Source: Candidatus Kapaibacterium sp. (GTDB taxonomy: Bacteria; Bacteroidota; Ignavibacteria; Kapaibacteriales; UBA2268). From it: a stretch of 64,000 nt of DNA. Location of the stretch: positions 2,112,001 through 2,176,000 of the forward strand of contig OY762428.1 in the NCBI GenBank assembly GCA_963665665.1, given 5' to 3'. The notes under the pieces are model-generated. The model had not been told where the DNA came from, did not search any database, and saw only the letters and a list, made by a program, of their open reading frames with translations. The position numbers were made by a program, and so were the translations under genes. Of the stretch, positions 20,310-29,333 are shown piece after piece (positions within the stretch are counted from its first letter, which is position 1; every line of letters starts with the position of its first letter).

Positions 20310-20969
20310 TTAGAAGGAACCAAACTGGAAGGTGATACCACCGGATACCCCGCTCAGCTCCATATCTTTTGCTTTATCGATAGATTTAAACTCTGAATTG
20401 CTGCGAATCTCATCAACGAATCTGTATCCGGCTTCAACCTGTATTCTGAAGAATTTTGCCACATTAAGTTCTACAGCTATACTTGGTTCAAGAACGAAGT
20501 AGGCAGCCCAGATTTCATCATGATCGTAATCATCCATATTCATTCTGTCAATATCCTGAACAGATGCGCCTCCGAAACCAATCAACGTATTGGCGCTGAA
20601 ATGAAGTACTTCCCAGGGATCGTGAATATATTCAAGATAAAGCCCGCCATATCCGAACATGAAGTCAGCATCAATTGTTTCGTTCTGGCCGTTCTGGTAG
20701 GTGAATTCGGGCCATGTAACGAGGCCGTATCCGGCGCCGCCGATTGAGAACTGCTTGTTTATCGTCCATGCGCCTTTACCGCCCACGAACATTGCGAACT
20801 CGTTATCAACCTGAGAGAATTTAATACTTGGCCCGCCATACCCGGAGGATGAGAATTTTTTACCGCCGAAAATTGTATTAATATCCTGATCTTCTTCCTG
20901 TGCCATTGCTGTCGTTGCTGTCATTGCCATTAGGGCGAACATTGCCATTGTCAAAATGATTTTCTTCAT
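20310..20969 (-). CDS. Outer-membrane beta-barrel protein
   Basis: Signal peptide, amphipathic Gly/aromatic strands, terminal Phe. Confidence 0.8.
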   Translation of the reverse strand: MKKIILTMAMFALMAMTATTAMAQEEDQDINTIFGGKKFSSSGYGGPSIKFSQVDNEFAMFVGGKGAWTINKQFSIGGAGYGLVTWPEFTYQNGQNETIDADFMFGYGGLYLEYIHDPWEVLHFSANTLIGFGGASVQDIDRMNMDDYDHDEIWAAYFVLEPSIAVELNVAKFFRIQVEAGYRFVDEIRSNSEFKSIDKAKDMELSGVSGGITFQFGSF

Positions 20970-21016
20970 TTCTTTTTCCTTCCAATTTAGATTATAACTT
21001 GTAAATAAAATTTTCT

Positions 21017-22273
21017 TTAGAATATACCGGCTTTTACATAAAATCCTATAGACATATTACTTAGGTCTAATGCTCTTAGCGAGGCATCTTCCCTGAATAG
21101 TGTACTGCTTTTAAAACTGTAAACATATCTGTATGAAGCTTCAAAACCGAATTTTACATAAGGCATCAGGTTAATTTCTGCTCCTGCACCCGGTTCAACC
21201 ACTGTAAATACTGTCCAGGGCTGATTGGGTAATACTGTTATCCCGTTACTGACTGATGCGCCGCCGAATCCAAGGGTTGTACTGAAAGTATAGTGTAGCA
21301 GGTCGTCGCTGTTGCTGAAGTATTCCAGCAGGAGGCCGCCGTATCCCATATACATTTTAGTACTCTGGTCAATAATATCGCTTCCCCATACATCCATTTG
21401 GGTGCCGTTAGTCAATCCGTAGCCGGTAATACCGATGGAATATTTTTTATTCATAACCCATCCGATTTTTCCGCCGGCAAGTATTACGTTTTTCCCGTTA
21501 ATACTTGATGATTTCACCATCGGGGCGCCATACCAGCCACTGTGTTCCAGTATTGTTGAAAGAGTTTTTATTTCGTTACTGTCAAACTCTTCATCATCGT
21601 ATATCGGATCGTAGTCGCCAGCCGGGAAAAAATCTGATGGTATTGCCATGACCGGTTTCTCAACTCCAATCCGGCTGTCGGGTTTATAATTTCCTGTTAA
21701 AATATCAGGATAGTTTTCAAAGTACTCAATAATTTCTTGTGTTTTTTCCGGCGCTGTTGCCGCCATTGCCTGACTATTTAAATTCCGGGGCAGCCCATTA
21801 GTTTTAGTATCTTCTTTTTCCTGATTATTTGCCCTTTTCTCTGCCAAAGTACTGTTGTCATTTTCCGAGCTTATAATTACAGGTACTGCCCCGGGGATGG
21901 TTTGGTTAGTCAGGTAATTTTTATTTGTATCTGCCATTGATGAATCAATAACGCTAATGCTTTTTTCAACTATTTGTTCAACTGCTTTGCTCAGGGTGGC
22001 TTCTTTTTCCGAATCGGGAGTAAAATGCCAGGCCAATATTGCCAGGCTGACTGTTACCGGAACAATTACTGCCGTCAGCGCTTTTCCGCCAAGTAAGTAT
22101 TTCAATCCGGATTTGCCTATCCATCCGGCAGCAAGTGTCAGAGCGATATGCTTGGCAACAAGCTTTTCCGCGTCCTTCCTGGTAAAATCAACTTTTTCGT
22201 TGCTGGCGGCCTTAAAATAATTATCCAGAAGATTTTTATCACCGCCATGTTTATTTTTATTTTCGCTTTTCAT
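21017..22273 (-). CDS. Putative anti-sigma factor: N-terminal domain, TM helix, long linker, C-terminal OM beta-barrel
   Basis: Overlaps the ECF sigma stop; TM around aa 65-83; C-terminal ~180 aa visibly paralogous to 20310-20969; terminal Phe. Confidence 0.7.
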   Translation of the reverse strand: MKSENKNKHGGDKNLLDNYFKAASNEKVDFTRKDAEKLVAKHIALTLAAGWIGKSGLKYLLGGKALTAVIVPVTVSLAILAWHFTPDSEKEATLSKAVEQIVEKSISVIDSSMADTNKNYLTNQTIPGAVPVIISSENDNSTLAEKRANNQEKEDTKTNGLPRNLNSQAMAATAPEKTQEIIEYFENYPDILTGNYKPDSRIGVEKPVMAIPSDFFPAGDYDPIYDDEEFDSNEIKTLSTILEHSGWYGAPMVKSSSINGKNVILAGGKIGWVMNKKYSIGITGYGLTNGTQMDVWGSDIIDQSTKMYMGYGGLLLEYFSNSDDLLHYTFSTTLGFGGASVSNGITVLPNQPWTVFTVVEPGAGAEINLMPYVKFGFEASYRYVYSFKSSTLFREDASLRALDLSNMSIGFYVKAGIF

Positions 22274-22896
22274 GTATCACTCCCGGCATAAGTGAGCTTT
22301 TTTAAATTCTCATTCCGGGCAGCTCCGTTATTTTTCTTCGACTTGCTACTATTATTCCCGGATATTGCTTCTTGTTCGTCACCATCGCCTGCTCTCAGGA
22401 TTTTTTCTAACGCTTTTCTGCCTCTCTGAACTCTTGATTTAACCCCCGGAAGCGATCCTCCCTGTATTTCCCGGATATCTTCCATCGAAAGGCCGTTTAT
22501 TTCATATAGGATAACGGCTTCTTTCTGCTTCTCGGGAATTTTGTCCAGCGCCTGATAAAGCACCTGAACATCATATCCCGAATCGGGGCTGCTCTCGGCA
22601 GAAGTTAAGTTTTCAAAAACCCTGTCGGATTCTTCGTCGCTTGAAAAGACGGAGAAAATTCTTTTTCTCCAGTTTGTTCTCTTATAAATCCTGCTTGCTA
22701 TCGTGAACATCCAGCTTTTGAAAGCTACGGGATTCTTAAGAGTATGGAAGCTGTCGAAAGCTTTAAGAGTGGCTTCCTGAACCAAATCCATGGCTTCGTC
22801 ATTATTTCGGGCCATAGCTTTGGCAAACCTTACCAGGCCTTCACGGCATGGCTCGTATAACGCCATAAACTCTTCCTGCTTTTTATTCAGGTCCAT
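22270..22896 (-). CDS. ECF RNA polymerase sigma factor
   Basis: DLVQEA..KA, FKSWMFTIA (region 2); AL..IP.KQ.EA..L....GLS..DI......GVKSRVQRGR (region 4). Confidence 0.92.
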   Translation of the reverse strand: MDLNKKQEEFMALYEPCREGLVRFAKAMARNNDEAMDLVQEATLKAFDSFHTLKNPVAFKSWMFTIASRIYKRTNWRKRIFSVFSSDEESDRVFENLTSAESSPDSGYDVQVLYQALDKIPEKQKEAVILYEINGLSMEDIREIQGGSLPGVKSRVQRGRKALEKILRAGDGDEQEAISGNNSSKSKKNNGAARNENLKKLTYAGSDT

Positions 22897-23467
22897 TTCA
22901 ATTCATCCTTTTCAAACTCATCCCATCCTGATTTTCTTTTTCGAGGGGCTTTTCATTGCCCTTCTGTGTAGTATGATACTTGAAATGCAAAACGGATGCA
23001 AAGTTTTTTCAATTAATTTAAAAAATATCAAAAAAGTTTTCAAACAGCCTTGATTACGAAAATAATCAAACTAAGTTTCGAAACATAATTCAATGTTTTA
23101 TAAGCAATTATTTTTATTAAAATATGATTGGGATTGTTCGGATTGTCTCTTTTTTTCAGATAATAATTCCTAAAGGTATAACAAATCTGTTTCTGAACCT
23201 CAAATATTTTGATCAATTTGATATAAAATTGTGAAACCCATACAATTGAAGGCAAAGCTTTAGGAAAAATATTACTCGACTGGCCCCAGAATTCGCTGTT
23301 AAAGTTTGATTTTGAATTCACAACAGTGATTTTAATTAAATTTATCTTGCTTTATGTTGGATTTTTAAGCTTAAATTTTGAAAATACATAACAATAATAT
23401 ATTTTTAGGATAATATAATTATGTAATTTACGTATATCTCGTTCTATAAATATTCTTACTTTTTTGA

Positions 23468-24280
23468 TTGGTGATGATAATGGAAAAATCTCCCTACAAT
23501 GCAACCGTTACAGGAAAAATTTTAATTACTCCGGACCTTATGGTTCTCAGGGTAAGGACTGACGACCCGAGAGATCTGTTCAGGGCCGGACAATATACTA
23601 CTATCGGCCTTCAGGGCAAGGAACCGCGTTCCTCTAATTCGGTGATGCCGCTTGAACCTTCGCCTGAAAACAATCTGATCAAAAGGCCTTATTCGATTGC
23701 CTCGGCAAGCAATGAAACAAGAGACTTCGAGTTTTATATCAGCCAGGTGAAGTCCGGGCAGCTTACACCACGCCTGTTTAACCTTACGTTGGGGCGCAGA
23801 ATGTGGGTGGATGATGAAATACTCGGCATTTTCACACTAGATAAAACTCCGAAGGACTGCAATATAGTAATGATAGCCACCGGCACGGGGCTTGCACCAT
23901 ATATCAGTTTCCTGCGTTCCCATATCAACGATCACCCGGAAATCAATCTTGCCGTTATCCACGGAGCCGGTTTCCCCTGGGATCTTGGTTATTACAGCGA
24001 ACTTCAGTTTATCAGCAATACTTTCAAAAATTTCTTTTATTATCCTACATTGCTGAGGGCAGACAATTCATGGACCGGCCTGCGAGGTTATATCGAGGAA
24101 CATCTTGAATCAGGATTACTGCAAAAGGATGCCGGAATTCCGATAGATCCCGAGAAAACACATTTCTACCTGTGCGGAAATCCGAAAATGGTGGAATCAG
24201 TTTCGTCATTCCTTTACAAGAAAAAATATACAAAGCATTGCAGCACGGCAGACGGCGCCCTGCATATTGAAGAGTACTAA
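23468..24280 (+). CDS. fpr: Ferredoxin-NADP(H) reductase
   Basis: F.AGQY, RPYSIAS, G.LTPRL, ATGTGLAPY.S, LCGNP.MV, E.Y terminus. Confidence 0.9.
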   Translation: MVMIMEKSPYNATVTGKILITPDLMVLRVRTDDPRDLFRAGQYTTIGLQGKEPRSSNSVMPLEPSPENNLIKRPYSIASASNETRDFEFYISQVKSGQLTPRLFNLTLGRRMWVDDEILGIFTLDKTPKDCNIVMIATGTGLAPYISFLRSHINDHPEINLAVIHGAGFPWDLGYYSELQFISNTFKNFFYYPTLLRADNSWTGLRGYIEEHLESGLLQKDAGIPIDPEKTHFYLCGNPKMVESVSSFLYKKKYTKHCSTADGALHIEEY

Positions 24281-24300
24281 TTGGAAATTACAGGTTAACA

Positions 24301-24915
24301 ATGGCAAAAAGATTTTTACTGATATTATTATCGATCATTATCATACTTCCTTCCTGCCTTGTGGTGAAGGAAAAGGAATATTCAGACGTAGAGCAGACTA
24401 TATCGCTAAGCCCCAAGCCGGAAATCCCCATGTCCGAAAAACTGGTGCGTTCCAAAAAAGGGGATATGATATCTTTTATACCCGAAGAATGGTTTTTCGT
24501 GAACGTAAACGAAGATGCTTCATCGGATATTATTATTATGGCTGTAAACCCGGATTATACCCTCGGGGTTGTTTTTTCAGAAATCCGAAAGAACGACCTT
24601 GTTGACGGTATCGTCCGAAAGGAAGGCCTGCTGGGACTTGCCAGGCTGAGTATGGACCGCAGGGCCAGGAAAACCGGAGGTGCATCCAAGCTGCTGGGCA
24701 AATACACTCCTGTGGAAATGGGGTCTAATGATTTCGTGAAATACGAATTTTCTTCTGCCGGAAACATGAGGTCGATAGCGGTAGTATTCAAATCATCGCT
24801 TGATATGTATTACGAAATGACCATGATGCCAATGAGCTTTTCCGGCAAGAAGCTGCCTCCTTATGACGAAATAAACAAAATATTACGATCCGTGATGGCC
24901 ACGGTAAAATTTTAA
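24301..24915 (+). CDS. Hypothetical lipoprotein
   Basis: Lipobox-like LPSC; 204-aa ORF followed by a terminator. Confidence 0.7.
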   Translation: MAKRFLLILLSIIIILPSCLVVKEKEYSDVEQTISLSPKPEIPMSEKLVRSKKGDMISFIPEEWFFVNVNEDASSDIIIMAVNPDYTLGVVFSEIRKNDLVDGIVRKEGLLGLARLSMDRRARKTGGASKLLGKYTPVEMGSNDFVKYEFSSAGNMRSIAVVFKSSLDMYYEMTMMPMSFSGKKLPPYDEINKILRSVMATVKF

Positions 24916-24922
24916 TATTAAT

Positions 24923-24948
24923 GCCGGTTATTTAGCCGGCTTTTTTTT
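24923..24948 (+). terminator. Intrinsic terminator
   Basis: GCCGGT-TATTT-AGCCGGC followed by T8. Confidence 0.7.
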
Positions 24949-24961
24949 CGAGGTATGTAAT

Positions 24962-25408
24962 ATGAAAATATCCCCCGATACACAAAATGTGATTGATTTC
25001 CTGGACGAGATAAGCGATGGTAGCCTGAAGCAAAAGGACGACCTGGCGTTCCTGCTTGAAGCATGGGCGGCTACAGGACAGCCCGATGCGACAAACTTTA
25101 TGATTGAAAGCGGAGCTTCGCTTCACAGGGTTTCCGAAACTATAAAGAAGGCACAGGATAATCCCGAGGCGCTTGCAAAGCTAGACGAGGAAGAGTTCAA
25201 ATTCCAGACAGCAGTCAGAATTAATATTATGTCGGTAACTTATGATAGTGAAAAAAATGAATATTTCGAATTAAAATACCGCCAATTGACCGAAGAGTGT
25301 TATCAGAACATGAGGGATCTGGCCCACGACCTGCACCTGCTGCGGAAACTCCAGAAAACCAGCCGGGAAATGAATCAGGCCGGCAAAGACGGGGAAGCCG
25401 CGAAATGA
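24962..25408 (+). CDS. Hypothetical helical protein
   Basis: 148-aa ORF with GAGG RBS. Confidence 0.65.
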   Translation: MKISPDTQNVIDFLDEISDGSLKQKDDLAFLLEAWAATGQPDATNFMIESGASLHRVSETIKKAQDNPEALAKLDEEEFKFQTAVRINIMSVTYDSEKNEYFELKYRQLTEECYQNMRDLAHDLHLLRKLQKTSREMNQAGKDGEAAK

Positions 25409-25920
25409 CGCCTGTAGGCCACGTATCGCTGGCGTATCTCGGAGGCGCTTTTTTTAAAAAGTTGCCCGTACCGGCATTGATAATCGGCGCATTGCTGCCT
25501 GATATTGACTTCATGTTTGTTTTCTTTCCCTGGTTCGATTCCATTCACCGTTCGGTTACTCACAGCCTGCTGTTCATACTTACAGGTTCGGGTGTAATCA
25601 CTTTGCTGCCCCGGGTAAAGAATAAAAAATACTTCTTTTGGGGATTATTTCTTGGCAGCGCCCTGCACCTGCTTGCCGATTCGATGATGGACGGCAATCC
25701 CGGCAACGGCATGGGAATACAGCTTTTCTGGCCATTCTTTGATTACTACTTCATGCCGTTTAACCTGATTGGCGGATTTGGTCACGGCCCCGGCTGGAAG
25801 CAGCCCCTGGAGCAACTGAAATATTCCCTTCCCGCCCTGCTTATAGAAACCCCTCTGGCAATAGCCGCCTTGGTAGTGTTTTGGAAGAGGAGGAAAGGCA
25901 AAATGATAGAAGAACGGTAA
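25405..25920 (+). CDS. Membrane-bound metal-dependent hydrolase (YdjM-like)
   Basis: MTPVGH, LLPDID, HRSVTHSL, HLLAD, G..LFWP motifs; start at ATG 25405. Confidence 0.88.
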   Translation: MTPVGHVSLAYLGGAFFKKLPVPALIIGALLPDIDFMFVFFPWFDSIHRSVTHSLLFILTGSGVITLLPRVKNKKYFFWGLFLGSALHLLADSMMDGNPGNGMGIQLFWPFFDYYFMPFNLIGGFGHGPGWKQPLEQLKYSLPALLIETPLAIAALVVFWKRRKGKMIEER

Positions 25921-25940
25921 GCTTGATTATATAAGGAGAT

Positions 25941-26143
25941 ATGAGAATGAAAAAAGTAAACAGTAAAATTGTTGATTGGGATGACCATATAGATAATAAG
26001 TACGGCAGGAAAGGCTCGCGAACCCGCGAAAAGTTTGAACAGGAACTTGAAGCTTTCAAAATCGGCGTGCTTATTCAGGAAGCCAGAAAACAGAAAAAAT
26101 GACTCAGGAAGAACTGGCAAAAAAAGTGGGTACAACTAAATGA
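25941..26143 (+). pseudogene. Frameshifted, truncated XRE/HigA-like HTH antitoxin
   Basis: ..YGRKGSRTREKFEQELEAFKIGVLIQEARKQKK, then a frameshift in an A-run to MTQEELAKKVGTTK*. Confidence 0.7.
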
Positions 26144-26276
26144 TATTTCCCAATAATGTAAATAGGAACTTAGAAAGTTTAACTACAAGGGGAAATATCA
26201 TTATAAGTAGAATTTAGTCATGCGAAGAAATAAGAATTATCTCAAACAAACTCATTTGTCAATAATATTACAAAAA

Positions 26277-26783
26277 TCAATACCCAATTAATAAAATTCC
26301 TTTCAGCGGTAGTTGTAAGCGATTACTAATATATAATGTTTCTAAAAATGTATAAATCTTTAAGAAGTCATTACTTCCACGATAATTATTCCTGACGGCA
26401 ATTATCAGATATTCAACCTCAAACATCATACATGCTTGGAAAATATCTTTTAAAAACTGGTTATTAGCAACAGCTCTACCAGCTTCAACTTCTATAACAA
26501 TTTTATTATCTTGACTAAGGGCATCAGCATTGAAACTTTTGTCAATTTGATTTTCACAACCAAATAATACGGGTACATGTATCTTTTGATTCTTAGATTT
26601 ACCTGTTTCGACTTTAAATTCAATTGTCTCAAGTCCTGGTCTTAAAATTTCTAAGACATCATTACTGTTTAAATGTTTGTCTTCGGATGATATTTTATTT
26701 TCAACACCTTTGAATATATCAATAACTGTATTGATATGCTTTGTAATTCCATGAGAACGAGGGAAAAACTGGAATTTAATCAT
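26277..26783 (-). CDS. Hypothetical protein, possible PD-(D/E)XK restriction-endonuclease-like fold
   Basis: FNADAL....IVIEVEAGR motif; AT-rich. Confidence 0.55.
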   Translation of the reverse strand: MIKFQFFPRSHGITKHINTVIDIFKGVENKISSEDKHLNSNDVLEILRPGLETIEFKVETGKSKNQKIHVPVLFGCENQIDKSFNADALSQDNKIVIEVEAGRAVANNQFLKDIFQACMMFEVEYLIIAVRNNYRGSNDFLKIYTFLETLYISNRLQLPLKGILLIGY

Positions 26784-27013
26784 AACTGCTCATTAATATA
26801 TTTACTCAAAACATTATCTGGCAAAGTCAGTTCATTTTCTTCAACAAAAAAGAATATTTTCTCATCGACAAATCTTGCTTCTTCAGAGGAATAAGTAGAA
26901 TTATTCATGATTGCATCATTTAAAGAAACAGTACTTATAGTAACATTGCCAAATTCTTTGATGAAAATATCTCTACAAGGATATTCTTGATTATTAAAAA
27001 TTATAGGACGCAT
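26780..27013 (-). CDS. Small hypothetical protein
   Basis: 77-aa ORF overlapping the next start by 4 bp. Confidence 0.55.
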   Translation of the reverse strand: MRPIIFNNQEYPCRDIFIKEFGNVTISTVSLNDAIMNNSTYSSEEARFVDEKIFFFVEENELTLPDNVLSKYINEQL

Positions 27014-27383
27014 GTTTGAACCATACTTAAATGAATAGAATAAAATAAAAATAATTAAAATTCAGAAAAAATATAATAATACAAAAATACTTTGATTTTT
27101 GAAATAACCGCATAAATCATAATATTATTTTATTGAGACACATCAAAAATCATAATATTTCTGGATCGTAATATAAAATTATGTTTTTCCATCTCTACTT
27201 GTTGTAACTGAAATGAAAAATCTATCAGAATTTTTACAGAAAATTGATCTCGCATATTAAAATAAGAATGATATTATAAATTTACTAAATCAAACTGCCG
27301 AAAAATCCTTGCAGAACATTTTCCGTTTAAAAGTGTTATTTTTTGGAAAGGGAGCAATATTGGGCCATCAAACAGGATGAAGT

Positions 27384-28322
27384 ATGAGGTATTTATTAAT
27401 TTTAATAGCCATTTGCCTTGTTTCATGCAGCAATTCTACTGATAATTCTGAAAAATTGCAGGAATGGGAATTTCTGGATTATTCTTTAACCGAAAATTTA
27501 ACGGATGTCGAATTTCTTAACGATGATTTCGGAATTATTTCCGGTTGTTTGGGGACACTCCTAAAAACAACCAATGGAGGTGATACATGGGAAAAACTTG
27601 ATGTTGGTATAAATCATTCTTTTCTAAAGGTTTTTGCCCTGAATGAAAATGAATTTTTCACATCAAGAATCGGACTATACAAAACAAACGACAACGGAGG
27701 TTCGTTCGATGATTTGGGCGGATTATCCGAGGAACCGGGGTCAATATTCTCAATTCATTTCTTTAATTCGGATAACGGATTAATATGCAAGGGCGGCAGA
27801 ATTCTTAAAACAACCAACGCCGGAGAGAATTGGCAGGAAGTATATAATTCCGGTTTTGCCTGCGATATGCAGTTTGTTTCCGAATCTGTGGGATTTGTTT
27901 CAGGAGGAATAACCTACGACGGTAAGTCTGTGGGCGAAATTTATAAAACAACCGACGGCGGAAATAATTGGAACAAAATTGAAATAGACATAGCTGATAT
28001 ATCAGCAATGTATTTTTTGAATGAGAATACAGGTTATATAGCAATGTATGATAATAGTATTTTGAAAACAACTGATGGCGGCGAAAATTGGGATTTAGTT
28101 TCAAATATTCCAATCTTGTTTTATGATATTATCTTTTTAAATGAAAAGACGGGATACGGAGTCGGGGCTAATTATATCTACAGCACAACAAATGGCGGGG
28201 AAACCTGGGCGCAGGAGCTGGAAGATAATGATATTATATTTACATCAATAACAAAAACTCCAAACAACACAGTTTATACCGTTACTGATAACGGCCATAT
28301 TCTGCGAAAACTGAGCGATTAG
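27384..28322 (+). CDS. YCF48-like/BNR (Asp-box) repeat lipoprotein
   Basis: Lipobox LVSC; repeated KTTNGG.TW motifs. Confidence 0.88.
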   Translation: MRYLLILIAICLVSCSNSTDNSEKLQEWEFLDYSLTENLTDVEFLNDDFGIISGCLGTLLKTTNGGDTWEKLDVGINHSFLKVFALNENEFFTSRIGLYKTNDNGGSFDDLGGLSEEPGSIFSIHFFNSDNGLICKGGRILKTTNAGENWQEVYNSGFACDMQFVSESVGFVSGGITYDGKSVGEIYKTTDGGNNWNKIEIDIADISAMYFLNENTGYIAMYDNSILKTTDGGENWDLVSNIPILFYDIIFLNEKTGYGVGANYIYSTTNGGETWAQELEDNDIIFTSITKTPNNTVYTVTDNGHILRKLSD

Positions 28323-28366
28323 TGAAGAGATGGGCCACACCTTATCAAAAAATATTTTTGGGGAAT

Positions 28367-28508
28367 GAAATTTCAGGAATTCGAGGTGATCCGGGGTGGC
28401 ACATCTGAATATTGCAAACCTCCTCCGGCCTGATTGCCACCCTCACGCTGAGGGATATGTTGGAATCGTGAGAACCTGTCATGCTCTGAAACTGTTCCTC
28501 GAGATTTC
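28367..28508. ncRNA. Candidate structured RNA element (unassigned)
   Basis: Terminal near-inverted repeat plus two internal stems; GC-rich intergenic; no family recognised. Confidence 0.3.
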
Positions 28509-28659
28509 CTTATCCCGGCTTGAAGTGAGAAAAGAATTTACAAATCCTTCTCCTCGTTGCGAAGCCCCGCTTCGCAAAGCTATTAGGGTAAAGCTACATT
28601 AAGTTATCTAAAAAGTTCTCCTTAACAATCAACAGCCGGGGCGGACCAAAAACTCTCCC

Positions 28660-28694
28660 TCGTCCAATGAAAATCAATCATTGGACGAGAAAAA
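28660..28694 (-). terminator. Terminator-like hairpin after the response regulator
   Basis: CTCGTCCAATGA...TCATTGGACGAG 12-bp stem. Confidence 0.6.
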
Positions 28695-28700
28695 TCATAG

Positions 28701-29333
28701 TTACTCTATAAGCCTGTTTTTTATGGCGTAGCGGGTAAGCTCCACGTTATTTTTCATGCCCATTTTTTCGAGTATCCTGTTGCGGTATGTGCTGATAGTA
28801 TTTATACTAAGGAATAGTTCTTCTGCTATCTCGGAAATGGTCTTGCCGGAGGAAAGCATATACATCACCTGGAATTCCCTGTCCGAAAGGGACTCGTGCA
28901 GTGGCGTGCCGTCGCCCATTTCAATGGTGGAGGCAAGTATTTCCGCCAGTTCGGGGGATATATATTTTCTGCCGGTGGATACTTTCCTGATAGCGTCAAT
29001 CAGCACCTTGGGTTTGCATTCCTTGTTTATATACCCGGAAGCGCCGGCTTTTATCACCCTAACGGCATACTGCTCCTCGGGGAACATGGTGAAAACAAGC
29101 ACTGCCGTTTTGGGGCTTATCTGTTTCAGTTCCTTAAGCGTATCCAGTCCGTCCTTGCCGGGCATGGAGATATCCAGCAGGACAACATCATATTTATTTT
29201 TTTGAATTTTTTCAAGAAGTTCGTTTCCGTTTTCAGCTTCGTCTATGGCCCTGATATCTGTAGTATCGTCAAATATTTGTTTCAGGCCTTTCCTAACAAC
29301 CTCGTGGTCGTCAACTATTATCAGATTAATCAT
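28701..29333 (-). CDS. NarL/LuxR-family response regulator
   Basis: VDDH..VR.G, LLDISMPG, LSDRE.QV...G...EIA..L..S..T HTH. Confidence 0.95.
   Translation of the reverse strand: MINLIIVDDHEVVRKGLKQIFDDTTDIRAIDEAENGNELLEKIQKNKYDVVLLDISMPGKDGLDTLKELKQISPKTAVLVFTMFPEEQYAVRVIKAGASGYINKECKPKVLIDAIRKVSTGRKYISPELAEILASTIEMGDGTPLHESLSDREFQVMYMLSSGKTISEIAEELFLSINTISTYRNRILEKMGMKNNVELTRYAIKNRLIE

Noticed and set aside
28367-28508. TPP riboswitch or HDV-like ribozyme assignment
   Set aside because: Only fragments of the motifs (GCTGAG, GAACCTG, TCCTC) are present and the required pairings do not fit; left unassigned.
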